Shown in pieces: positions 1-9,134 of a DNA stretch of 32,000 nt. Both the position numbers and the translations under genes were made by a program. Positions within the stretch are counted from its first letter, which is position 1. Each line of letters starts with the position of its first letter. The notes beneath the pieces are model-generated. The model saw only the letters and a program-made list of their open reading frames with translations. It was not told the origin of the DNA and did no database searches. Source of the stretch: Promethearchaeota archaeon (GTDB lineage Archaea > Asgardarchaeota > Lokiarchaeia > Sigyniarchaeales > Promethearchaeaceae); contig JAFGBS010000032.1 of NCBI GenBank assembly GCA_016933055.1, forward strand, positions 17,532-49,531, given 5' to 3'.

Positions 1-295
1 CCGTTATCCTACAAATGATTTCATAGGTTTTTTGCGTAGTTACGTCTAAAATCCATGAAATGCGTATATTGAGTAACTCATAGGGTGGTTTGACAGTTAT
101 CCCAATTTCATAACGTAGATGTGTGGTAAACATTTGTATAGGCAATTACTTGCACGACCCTGCCTTAATAAGCGTTTAAATGGCTAGATAGATGTTGACT
201 AAATAAAATCTGGGAATTAAAAAAACCAATTCTTATATTTACCTTAATCCTGATGGAAAATTTTGTTTACTGTGAGTGTGAAAAAGAAGAACAGA

Positions 296-838
296 TTATT
301 CTTCATCACCTGTATCAGTTTCTACGATTTCTTTGATCTTAAAACGATTCACTAATTCCTTTTTACTTTTTCCATTTGATGCTAGTATAACCAGTCCCTC
401 GTGATCTTGTATCCTTTCTAATATCCATGCAGTATCAGCATTCTCATACCTATCATGAGCGTCTTCAATTTCCGTTCGTTTTCCAAATAGAGCATCCGCT
501 TCATCAAATAATAGAATCCAATCTTTTCGTTCAGCTTTTGAAAATGCTTTTTTTAAACTTTTCTCGGTTTGTCCAACATATTTACTGATAACAGTAGCTA
601 AATCTATTCGACAAAAGGGTGAACGGAGTCGGTTCTCCAAATAGGCTATGCCCTTCTCCCGTTTTGAAGGCGTACCCACAAGAAGAATACGTTTGGGAAT
701 AGTTTCTTTTTGTAGAATCGTGTTTATTTTTGCTTTTAGACTAGAGCTAGGGGTGTGTTTTTGGTGAAGTTTGCGGTTATTCGTTGATCGTATTCTCTCT
801 GCAAATTTTCTGGATTTCATATTATCAGATTTCCCCAA
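296..838 (-). CDS. Stand-alone AAA+ ATPase module with degenerate Walker A
   Basis: RIDLATVISKYVGQTEKSL, Walker B ILLFDEADALFGKR and DAHDRY match the AAA subfamily with consensus RIDLSxVVSKYIGETEKNL...FDEADALFGKRT...DAHDRYAN. The P-loop position reads GTPSKREK. Confidence 0.85.
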   Translation of the reverse strand: MGKSDNMKSRKFAERIRSTNNRKLHQKHTPSSSLKAKINTILQKETIPKRILLVGTPSKREKGIAYLENRLRSPFCRIDLATVISKYVGQTEKSLKKAFSKAERKDWILLFDEADALFGKRTEIEDAHDRYENADTAWILERIQDHEGLVILASNGKSKKELVNRFKIKEIVETDTGDEE

Positions 839-915
839 GGCAATTTAAATTTCAGCAATAATATGCTATTAAATACTCAAAGATGCCAATTTTCTTCAAC
901 AAAGGCATGAAATAG

Positions 916-1359
916 TCTCAGGACCTTTGGAAGCGCTGCTGGGAAAAACCTAGATGACCAGAACAAGATGCTTCATCGGTTAATGCTCAAAATAGAAGTT
1001 TGTATTTATCCGAAAATGGAACAAAATTAATGAATACTCCTCAAAATATCTGGTGTATACCAACAGTAGAGGATCTTGTACTATCTCAGTGTTTATATGG
1101 AGTACAAGTTGGGGGAATAAGGGATTACGAACCCCACTCAGCGTATTACGAAAACACATCTGATATAGAAACCCCCTTATTGGATCCACATTTAAAAGTG
1201 ATCTATTAATGGACCGGAACAGAGGTATCCACATCCTTAGCTTATATGATCACCTATAGCAGTAAAGTTTATGAGAGAGACAAACGAAATGCGTATCATT
1301 ATTTGAGTTTTCGAGCAGTAAAAGCCTATAATTACATTTATTCCGATCTAAAAAATTAG
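916..1359 (+). pseudogene. Interrupted remnant of a DUF1566/Lcl C-terminal-like protein
   Basis: One frame reads YLSENGTKLMNTPQNIWCIPTVEDLV...ETPLLDPHLKVIY*WTGTEV...AYMITY...YLSFRAVK, with in-frame stops at 955 (TGA) and 1207 (TAA). It resembles the recalled family pattern WRLPT...VIYWWTATE...YLGFRCVK. Confidence 0.55.
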
Positions 1360-1599
1360 AAAAATGAGGGAATAAAAAAAGGATTTACCCAAGTGAATTA
1401 AAAATTCTCATATTCTTTTCCAATAAGGAGACCAAAATGAGAAACTCATTTACTTACACCGATAAATTGTATGATATAGTAACCACTACAAATCGTATGT
1501 AAACTAGTTAATTTACTTAATAAAACAGCAAGAATTATATTTTTAATTACGTAGAAATCGTGACGTATTTATCTAAAAAGTTGCATTCCTGAATGGAAT

Positions 1600-1878
1600 C
1601 TAATGATGTTTCAATCTACGCCCAGATTTAATTAGAAGTGCTCTATTGTTTTTAACTCTTTGCTGGTAGGGTGCCCGTCGATTATTGCTTGTTTTTCTTC
1701 CGTAACTAGGTCGCGATTTGGTGCTCCAGTTATAACGTCTTAATCGTGCAGATTCTCCAAAACCACAAGCCGCACATACTTTCTTCTTCTTATGATAAGA
1801 GTGTCGACCACATCTTCTACAGCGGATATGATTTCCTTCTTTATTGTGTCGACCAAAAGCTCGAGTTCCTTTTCCCAT
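1600..1878 (-). CDS. rpl37e: Large-subunit ribosomal protein eL37 (L37e)
   Basis: MGKGT start, zinc finger HIRCRRCG...CAACGFG, then RRYNW. Lies downstream of lsm, a conserved archaeal arrangement. Confidence 0.97.
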   Translation of the reverse strand: MGKGTRAFGRHNKEGNHIRCRRCGRHSYHKKKKVCAACGFGESARLRRYNWSTKSRPSYGRKTSNNRRAPYQQRVKNNRALLIKSGRRLKHH

Positions 1879-1942
1879 GAATAATCACTAAGGTTCTATT
1901 GTGTGTGTTCGATATTACGCATATCATTTATTTTTTTCCATT

Positions 1943-2254
1943 TCAAAATTCGATTTCCTCATCATCATTTACCACAATTCGTGTACCAGAAGTCTCTAGG
2001 TAAATAATTGAATCCCCACGCAAAATAATTGTGGTATATTCTCGTTCACTTGTGGTACCATCCCGAAGTTTTGTAATCTCTACAGCATTTTCGATAATAA
2101 GATTCAAATGCATATCGAACATTCTCAAGATTCCCTTAATGAAATGATTGCGAATTTTAATTGCGACCAAAATAGGTTTTCCGAGAGATTTAACAAGTTG
2201 AGATGGTACCGGTCGAACTTGATTATCTTGTCGTTGTGGTTGATTACGGGACAT
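1943..2254 (-). CDS. lsm: Sm-like archaeal protein (Lsm/SmAP)
   Basis: Sm1 motif KGILRMFDMHLNLIIENA and Sm2 motif IILRGDSIIYL, upstream of rpl37e. The start is placed at the ATG at 2254 (MSRNQ); the track start at 2275 is also possible. Confidence 0.93.
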   Translation of the reverse strand: MSRNQPQRQDNQVRPVPSQLVKSLGKPILVAIKIRNHFIKGILRMFDMHLNLIIENAVEITKLRDGTTSEREYTTIILRGDSIIYLETSGTRIVVNDDEEIEF

Positions 2255-2535
2255 TACATGGGAATAACCACACATAGAATAAAAAAATTGTCTTCATTAA
2301 AACGCAAAAGAGGTTATAACATCCATAGGTCTAAGGAGGTTAAAAGTCAATCAAATCATTAAGGAAATAAAGAGCCATTTTTCCATAGGAATTTAGAAAA
2401 TACTGGTACTTAACTTAACATCCATAAGCTTTAATTTTAATAGTTTTAAGTACCATTAAGCGAAAATGGGTCTAGCGAATAAAACCGATAGAGATCGATA
2501 TTCTATAGGAACTTATATTTCGATTTCGTTTAAAT

Positions 2536-3891
2536 TTGATCACTGAATTTTTTCTCGCTGCATTCGGTACAAGGGTATTTGATTACTACGAGAATGAAAT
2601 TGGCCTGCAATCCATTTGGATTTCTGCAGCTTTCATGGTGTATGCAATCTGGAATATGTTTAATGATCCGATCATAGGGTATATTTCCGACAAACCTCGG
2701 CGATGGTGGCCTAAATGGGGTAAACGACGACCTTGGATCATGGCTTCTATAATTCCTTGGGGATTGACCTTCCTTTTATTATTCACTGTTCCCAATTTTA
2801 ATCCAACTACCTCTGGCGGAGCAGTATCTTTATTTATGTGGCTCGTTGTAACCAGTATTGTATATGATACATTTTTTTCCATATTCGGGACCAATTTTAA
2901 TGGTCTGCTCCCCGAGAAATTCCGTACAGATGCGGAAAGAAGGCGACAAGCTTCTATTGGTATCGCATTCAGCACCGTAGGAATGGTTTTGGGGACTACT
3001 TTGCCAGGTTTATTTGGATCCTATCAAAATCAGTATTCATGGATACTAGGTGCGGCTGCTATTTCAGTTGTGGGAATCGCATTTGGAATGCTAATGGGAC
3101 CGGGTACCAAAGAACCTCCCGACATGATAGAACGCGCAGAATTTTGCGTGGAAGAAGAAATTGAACATGAAAAATGCAAAAATGAAAAATCCCCTTTTTT
3201 TGATACATTGCGGAAAATTCTACGAGATAAAAATTACGTTGCCTATCTGATTTTAATCGTGTGCTACCAATGTTTAGTTTTACTGATGGTTGGAACTATT
3301 CCATATTTAAATCGTTTTATTTTGAAACCTGCTCCTGTAGAACCTGAATCTCTATTATTTGTTCCACCTATCATCGTTGGACTACTTTCTATTCCTTTTT
3401 GGCATTGGATTACGAAAAAAATCGGAAATGCTAAAATGGTTATTTTGGGTGGCACTCTAATAATTTGCTCGGGATTACCATTCCTATTCATTTCAAATAC
3501 TATAACAATAATCGTTTTTATTTCAATTATGGGGTTGGGACAAATCGCTTTTGGATTACAACTTATGCCTATTCTCGCCGAAGTTGTGGATGAATTAGTT
3601 GTAAAAATCGGAAAAAGACAAGAGGGTCTTGTAATTGGAGTTCGCACATTCTTTGCACGATTTGGTTTAATTATTCAAGCAATTACATTCGGATTAATTC
3701 ATATACTTACTGGATTTGAACCAGCTAGTACGACTCAAGATCCTCTAGCTCTTATTGGATTAAGGATTCAGCTTGCTTTAGTCCCAACTATTATTATGAC
3801 TATCGGTATCTTGTTATTTTGGCGAATGTACGACATCGATCCCACAAAAAAAAAAACAATTCAACGAAGATTAGCCAAATTAAAACTATAA
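2536..3891 (+). CDS. MFS transporter, GPH/MelB-like family (N-terminus apparently frameshifted, see findings)
   Basis: About 12 hydrophobic segments, with GPH motifs NMFNDPIIGYISD, WGKRRPW and AEVVDE...KRQEG. Confidence 0.9.
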   Translation: MITEFFLAAFGTRVFDYYENEIGLQSIWISAAFMVYAIWNMFNDPIIGYISDKPRRWWPKWGKRRPWIMASIIPWGLTFLLLFTVPNFNPTTSGGAVSLFMWLVVTSIVYDTFFSIFGTNFNGLLPEKFRTDAERRRQASIGIAFSTVGMVLGTTLPGLFGSYQNQYSWILGAAAISVVGIAFGMLMGPGTKEPPDMIERAEFCVEEEIEHEKCKNEKSPFFDTLRKILRDKNYVAYLILIVCYQCLVLLMVGTIPYLNRFILKPAPVEPESLLFVPPIIVGLLSIPFWHWITKKIGNAKMVILGGTLIICSGLPFLFISNTITIIVFISIMGLGQIAFGLQLMPILAEVVDELVVKIGKRQEGLVIGVRTFFARFGLIIQAITFGLIHILTGFEPASTTQDPLALIGLRIQLALVPTIIMTIGILLFWRMYDIDPTKKKTIQRRLAKLKL

Positions 3892-3915
3892 ATAATTTAT
3901 TTAGCATATTTCGTC

Positions 3916-4509
3916 TTGAATTACTTAGTGGTAAAATTGCTTACGGATTTAATTGACGGAGCCAGAGAGGTATTTCGTTTTCGTGAGTTACTTTCTGACG
4001 TTGTTATGGCTACAATAGATACTCCGGACTATATTCTTGATAAAGTCTTCTTAATTTATGAAGATTTTGTCGAATTAGTCGAAACTATGCGTCCCATAAC
4101 TCCTGGTGATGTCACTAAATTTGTGAATGCTGAATTATTAAAATATTCTGACCAGCCCTTCTTCCCCGTTTTAGGTGGGCTGTACGTGAATGCTTTGCTT
4201 AATAAATTATTTCAATCGTATGATTCCTTAGAAATTGATTTAACAGATTTTTGTGGATCTATTTTGGAAAATGCAGAAAATGAGTCTAAAATTGCGGATG
4301 ATTCGGATTATTACGAATATGTAGGTTTCTCATTAGATTTCATTGGATACCTTCTACCGGACAAAAAAAAATTAGTGATTCATGGCGCAGTAGGTGATTT
4401 TGCTGGAGCTTTAATGGGAGAAAACGCTGTTTTTGAGTTGTATGGCTTACATGGTAGGTACGCTGCGTATGAAAAGCATCCTAGTGCACAATTTTCTGTA
4501 GAAGGGTGA
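3916..4509 (+). CDS. Hypothetical protein with a C-terminal GXGXG (GltB C-terminal/FwdC-like) beta-helix segment
   Basis: C-terminal DFIGYLL..KKLVIHGAVGDFAGALMGENAVFELYGLHGRYAAY. The start is uncertain (TTG 3916, GTG 3928 or a later ATG). Confidence 0.65.
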   Translation: MNYLVVKLLTDLIDGAREVFRFRELLSDVVMATIDTPDYILDKVFLIYEDFVELVETMRPITPGDVTKFVNAELLKYSDQPFFPVLGGLYVNALLNKLFQSYDSLEIDLTDFCGSILENAENESKIADDSDYYEYVGFSLDFIGYLLPDKKKLVIHGAVGDFAGALMGENAVFELYGLHGRYAAYEKHPSAQFSVEG

Positions 4510-4656
4510 AATTTCGGTAGTGGAGTTAAATTATTCTATATTGCATCCTGTTCCACTACGGGATGATGGTTCTTAATAAAATGAGCATCTATTTTTATTA
4601 ATGTTATCCATGGCACTTTGTCAAAGTAAAAGGGGGAATTAACAAAGAAAAAGAAA

Positions 4657-5436
4657 TTATTTCTGAGATTTTGCGAATAGTTTCACATACCAAGCAGGGT
4701 TAGTGTATCCTATGTATGCTGTGATTCCTGCTATTGCAACTAAACTCCAAAGGATATAGAACGCGATCCCTTGACCTTGTCCTGTGACTTCGAATTCAAT
4801 CACATCAGCAACTATAGCTACCCACACTAAGGTTGTGATAAATGAATGTATAAAAAGAGCAAACAATGTGGGTTTTATATCTGGTTCCGCTCGTTTGAAA
4901 ATCCTATAGGATTGAACTGTAAAAGGAATATACAACATAAGAGAGTGAATGAGTAATACTCCCGCAGTTGCTAATTCCCAGATATCTACGCTCAAAGGAT
5001 AAAATGCGACTCCGATTCCTATAGCGGCAACAATATATACTGTAATAGAGAATCCGATTCGCTCCTTACCTGCACTGGTTTCATAAATTTCAGTATAAAA
5101 TCGGTAGTAGATAATATTAGCTATAAACACAATCACTTTAAATAATTGATCTTGACGCAAAAACTGATATATATATTCACTTGGAATTACTCCAGTCAAG
5201 GGTTCAAAAGGTAAGGCGAATACATATTTCGATAATGCTGTTGCAACGACCGCAAGGAAGTAAAGAAAAAAATATGCGGTCAATTTTTTCATTAATCCTG
5301 TTTTTTTTTGTATGGAACGGATTAAGAATAATAATGTAACAATGAGCAATAAAATTCCTATCACATCCCGAAAAATAGAACCTATTCGTGTAATAGCGGC
5401 TACACTTTCTGGTGGTAACATTTTTATATACTCCAA
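4657..5436 (-). CDS. Hypothetical membrane protein with about 7 TM helices
   Basis: Seven hydrophobic stretches counted by eye in 259 aa; no catalytic motif recognised. Confidence 0.8.
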   Translation of the reverse strand: MEYIKMLPPESVAAITRIGSIFRDVIGILLLIVTLLFLIRSIQKKTGLMKKLTAYFFLYFLAVVATALSKYVFALPFEPLTGVIPSEYIYQFLRQDQLFKVIVFIANIIYYRFYTEIYETSAGKERIGFSITVYIVAAIGIGVAFYPLSVDIWELATAGVLLIHSLMLYIPFTVQSYRIFKRAEPDIKPTLFALFIHSFITTLVWVAIVADVIEFEVTGQGQGIAFYILWSLVAIAGITAYIGYTNPAWYVKLFAKSQK

Positions 5437-5527
5437 TTAGGTTTAGTATTCATGCCAATTTGTTAATAAAGAAGTATACTGTTTTCTTATTTAATGTTTT
5501 CACCTTTAGAACCCGTTAAATAATAGA

Positions 5528-6043
5528 TCATTTAAAAGTTTTTGAAAATTCCCAAATTTCATCGCCTATGGCATGAATACTCTTCAGAACTTTTCCCTTC
5601 TTCATTTTTTGCATAGATTGCGCATCAAACAGAGCAATTGCAACTGCCAGTGTTCTTCCATGAAGTTCTTCTTGGACTTTTATGATGTCTCCTTTTTGTA
5701 TTGAGGAATCTATCTCTCTAATACCAGGTCGCATAATATCTGCCCCATTTGCAACAAATGGTATAGCACCTTTATCTACGGTCACAGATTTCACATGAAA
5801 TGGGAGATTTGGATCGAGCAGTAAAGTTAAACAAGGAACATATCGATCTTCTGTGATCCAAAAACTCAATACATTGTTGATTACGATAAGTTCATCTCGA
5901 TCTAGTTTCAGAATTTCTACCTTGGGTTTATCGGTGAATAATTTATCGATATTTTTTTCATCATATAATTCTGCAAGTTTTTGCTGTAATTCTTTAATAT
6001 CGGTCGATTTCAACATGTGTCTTTGTCTTATTTTCATTTTCAA
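5528..6043 (-). CDS. Pre-PUA + PUA RNA-binding protein (MCT-1/Tma20-like)
   Basis: N-terminal RQRHMLKSTDIKEL and PUA motif VTVDKGAIPFVANGADIMRPGI...KGDIIKV...LAVAIA...GKVLKSIHAIGDEIW. Confidence 0.92.
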   Translation of the reverse strand: MKMKIRQRHMLKSTDIKELQQKLAELYDEKNIDKLFTDKPKVEILKLDRDELIVINNVLSFWITEDRYVPCLTLLLDPNLPFHVKSVTVDKGAIPFVANGADIMRPGIREIDSSIQKGDIIKVQEELHGRTLAVAIALFDAQSMQKMKKGKVLKSIHAIGDEIWEFSKTFK

Positions 6044-6201
6044 GCTTATATGGAATCCATGGGTTAAGTAAGTGCGGATCGTCGATGTAGACCTTCAATT
6101 CCAATCATTTTTTTTTTGAAATACGTGTTTTTAATAAGTTTAAACTATAAATATAATTCCTATAAAGGGAATAGATATGAATAGAGTGAGGATTCTGCAA
6201 A

Positions 6202-7803
6202 ATGCGTATTATGAAAATCAAAAATCAAATTCTTAGGAAAATTATCCTTGCAACACTGGTATTGTTTCCCGTAGCATTCGGAGGTTTGTATATTGGGTTC
6301 TATTTGGGAATTATGGTACCAGATTTAACAAGTTATATGGAAATTCCTCCAGATACAAGCGATTTTTACAATTTGGAAGATATTAATATTACAAGATTGG
6401 AAGAGATCGGCACTGAGTTCGAGCATTTACAGGAACAGCATTTACCGATTAACCTATCTCAAACTATTACGTTCAATGCAAATACTGGGGAGGTTCTTTC
6501 TTATCATGGAACAGATAATGGAGCTTTACACACGGCGGAGAATCTAGTTGCATCATGCTTACGATATGCTTCTCTTTCCCCTGGTCCTGAAAAAGACTAT
6601 TCACTTTTTTTGATACGGAAAATGGTGGACGCAATGAGACTGTTGATAGAGGTTCCAAATGGTGGATTAGGTCCAGAATTTCCAGGAACCATCGTTGCAC
6701 GTTTCTATGCTCCTCCTGAAAAATGGAATGATGGAAATTATACATGGATTTTTGATGATTATTTCCGCCATTTTAACGGGACGAATGGAAAGTTAATTCA
6801 TGAATCTGGCACAGATTATTCTCAGTGGAGAATGAGACTCTATACCAGTAAAGATGAATTAGCAGGATACTTTGGGGCTTTAGCCGCATTATTAGCCTTA
6901 GTTGATGTTCCGGATGTTCAGGAAATAACTAAATTAATCATTCTTCAACTAATGGAGGGCATGCTGAGTAGTTTCTGGCAGGAAATGACAGGAGATGGTA
7001 AACCAAACGGAGTACACTTCCAACCACCCTCAAGTTCTGCATGGAAACTCCTATTAACGAGAATGGCAATTATTGCTGATCCAGAGAATGCTCGTTATCA
7101 ACAATTATTTCATTATTACTTAGCAAAAGAACGTAAAGTAGATAATGTAATGTTTGTAGGAAAGATGGACAACATCGATAATTATTATTCCCATTACTTT
7201 AATTCATTTGTTCTTCTCGGACTGTTTCTTGTAGAAAATAACCAAGAAATACTGGATCTCTATTTTAAGAATTTCCAAGAAAAAACATATCAAAATTATC
7301 GAGGGCATCGGAATGCCGTATTAAATACGCTGTATTTAGTTGCAGCAAGTAAATCTGGGAGGAAAACCATATTTGATGTTGAATCCATACGTTGGGATGT
7401 TTTAGATCAGCTTTGGAGATTCAATGTCCATAATTTGGTACCATTTGATACGACTTTTGGGGGAACAAATCAGACCATCAGTCGAACCTCATTGGATGCT
7501 GAATGGATAATAGTCGATCCGAATATAGCGAAATGGAAAAATTTTGTGGATAATACATGGTTTGGTGGCTTATACAAGTGGTTAACTTATGGCATTCAAG
7601 ATGCGGTTTTCGAGCAGAGATTCTTGAAGCCAGCAGTGATTGGCATGCTAAGACCAACAGAAACGGTCTGGAATAAAAATCCATATCGAGAAGATGGGGA
7701 GCATGTATACAATACATCGAGTACAATAACCCAATTCGCAGGAGCATCATTCACATTGCCATTTTATATGTTAAAATATTGTGGATATTTGGAGGTGAGC
7801 TAA
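6202..7803 (+). CDS. Membrane-anchored hypothetical protein, probable alpha/alpha-toroid (six-hairpin glycosidase-like) fold
   Basis: N-terminal TM anchor. DNGALHTAENL..CLRYA and YTSKDELAGYF resemble the recalled uncharacterised pattern DNxGLWT.YL.SQ.FRYA...TSSDE..GH. Confidence 0.55.
   Translation: MRIMKIKNQILRKIILATLVLFPVAFGGLYIGFYLGIMVPDLTSYMEIPPDTSDFYNLEDINITRLEEIGTEFEHLQEQHLPINLSQTITFNANTGEVLSYHGTDNGALHTAENLVASCLRYASLSPGPEKDYSLFLIRKMVDAMRLLIEVPNGGLGPEFPGTIVARFYAPPEKWNDGNYTWIFDDYFRHFNGTNGKLIHESGTDYSQWRMRLYTSKDELAGYFGALAALLALVDVPDVQEITKLIILQLMEGMLSSFWQEMTGDGKPNGVHFQPPSSSAWKLLLTRMAIIADPENARYQQLFHYYLAKERKVDNVMFVGKMDNIDNYYSHYFNSFVLLGLFLVENNQEILDLYFKNFQEKTYQNYRGHRNAVLNTLYLVAASKSGRKTIFDVESIRWDVLDQLWRFNVHNLVPFDTTFGGTNQTISRTSLDAEWIIVDPNIAKWKNFVDNTWFGGLYKWLTYGIQDAVFEQRFLKPAVIGMLRPTETVWNKNPYREDGEHVYNTSSTITQFAGASFTLPFYMLKYCGYLEVS
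7791..7798 (+). promoter_or_regulatory. Shine-Dalgarno site for the TTG start at 7804
   Basis: GGAGGTGA lies 5 nt before the TTG, inside the last codons of the upstream gene, whose TAA directly abuts the TTG. Confidence 0.7.
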
Positions 7804-9063
7804 TTGGCGAACACCACGATAAATTCAAAGGAAAGCGCTTTAAAATTATCCTATAGGAGATACAAGGGGGAAATTGAACACTCGATGAAATTTTTATCAA
7901 TTCCATGGAGTTATCTCGTCACCGGTATCATGTTTTTCACGGTTGGATTACTCGATTTCTTTTTCCTCGGACATTTAATAGGTCACATCAATGAAGAAAT
8001 TATTGGAGAATACCTGGGACAAGGAATTGCAGTCTATTTGGGTGGAGTGAGTTTCTTTTATACGATAGGACTTTTGCCACTCATTACAGGATTTATAATA
8101 ATACTATATTGCCTTTATGCTACCAAACAAGTAATTTTATCTCGAACTACTGATAATTATGTTTTTCAAGAGCGACGATTACTATTTCCAATGATTACTC
8201 ACATCAATCGTAGTTCTGTACGTAAAATACACTATACAAATAAAGGACTGAGATTGCGCCATTTGTGGGTACTTATTTTTATCCCTATGGGAATTCGCAT
8301 CCTACAATTTGGGATTCCTCTGTTTGGAGAACATCTCGCACACGATGAAATTCTCCCAACGATGATGGTTTTATCAGGAAGTATCGATATTTTAGGCGCA
8401 TTAATCATGTTAATGATTCCGACTCGCTCGTTAACTATCCAAACGAATCAGAAACTTCATGCCATTAATTTCCTACCAATTTCACAGGTTAGAGTTATTC
8501 CGGAGTTATACCAATTAGAAACTGGGGTAATAAAATCTCAAGTAGATCCTATCCAGTTATTTGGAGGATTGGGATTGGTTATTATATCGCTTGTTGGTTT
8601 GTTTATGGAAGCTATTTGGGGAACGGATCTTTCCATGGTTGGAATTACCTATGGACTCTATTTGTTGATGAAAATTTTACAATCAAATGGAAAGAATGTA
8701 TATTTTTCAATGCAATGTCCCGAAGAAACGTCGAAAGACAATATACATTTAAGGGAGTTATCGTTTATTGATATTGTAGGAATTGGATTACTTGTATATC
8801 TTTCAACACTGGAATTTATTTGGGCTTGGATTTATTTTGTTGATTTTAATGGACTTATATTAATTGATTTGCTGATTACCACTGTTTTCTGGTTTGGAAT
8901 GATGTTTTGGATTTTCATTTATCTATTCATCCCAAAAATTACGAAATTATCTCTGAATTTCATGAAATCATTATGGAAATCTGATAAATCAATTCGAAAT
9001 AATATAATTTTAAGAATACTGGTCATACTTGCAGCGATCATAATTGTGATCATAGTAATTTAG
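7804..9063 (+). CDS. Hypothetical multi-pass membrane protein
   Basis: 419-aa ORF with many hydrophobic segments and short soluble inserts; strong SD site. Confidence 0.8.
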   Translation: MANTTINSKESALKLSYRRYKGEIEHSMKFLSIPWSYLVTGIMFFTVGLLDFFFLGHLIGHINEEIIGEYLGQGIAVYLGGVSFFYTIGLLPLITGFIIILYCLYATKQVILSRTTDNYVFQERRLLFPMITHINRSSVRKIHYTNKGLRLRHLWVLIFIPMGIRILQFGIPLFGEHLAHDEILPTMMVLSGSIDILGALIMLMIPTRSLTIQTNQKLHAINFLPISQVRVIPELYQLETGVIKSQVDPIQLFGGLGLVIISLVGLFMEAIWGTDLSMVGITYGLYLLMKILQSNGKNVYFSMQCPEETSKDNIHLRELSFIDIVGIGLLVYLSTLEFIWAWIYFVDFNGLILIDLLITTVFWFGMMFWIFIYLFIPKITKLSLNFMKSLWKSDKSIRNNIILRILVILAAIIIVIIVI

Positions 9064-9134
9064 GTTCTCATTTTTTCCCTAAATCCAGATCCAATAATCT
9101 CATTTTTTTCTTAAAACTATGAAGCTTTGGAGTA

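Noticed and set aside
1-133. Minus-strand open frame MFTTHLRYEIG... running off the window edge
   Set aside because: Only 44 codons are visible with no recognisable motif, so it cannot be supported.
980-1234. 84-aa minus-strand ORF
   Set aside because: It is antisense to the DUF1566-like remnant and has no motifs.
2108-2362. 84-aa plus-strand ORF
   Set aside because: It is the antisense shadow of lsm.
3846-3856. A11 tract in the MFS gene as a phase-variation switch
   Set aside because: It encodes a Lys run about 12 codons from the stop, so slippage would barely alter the protein.
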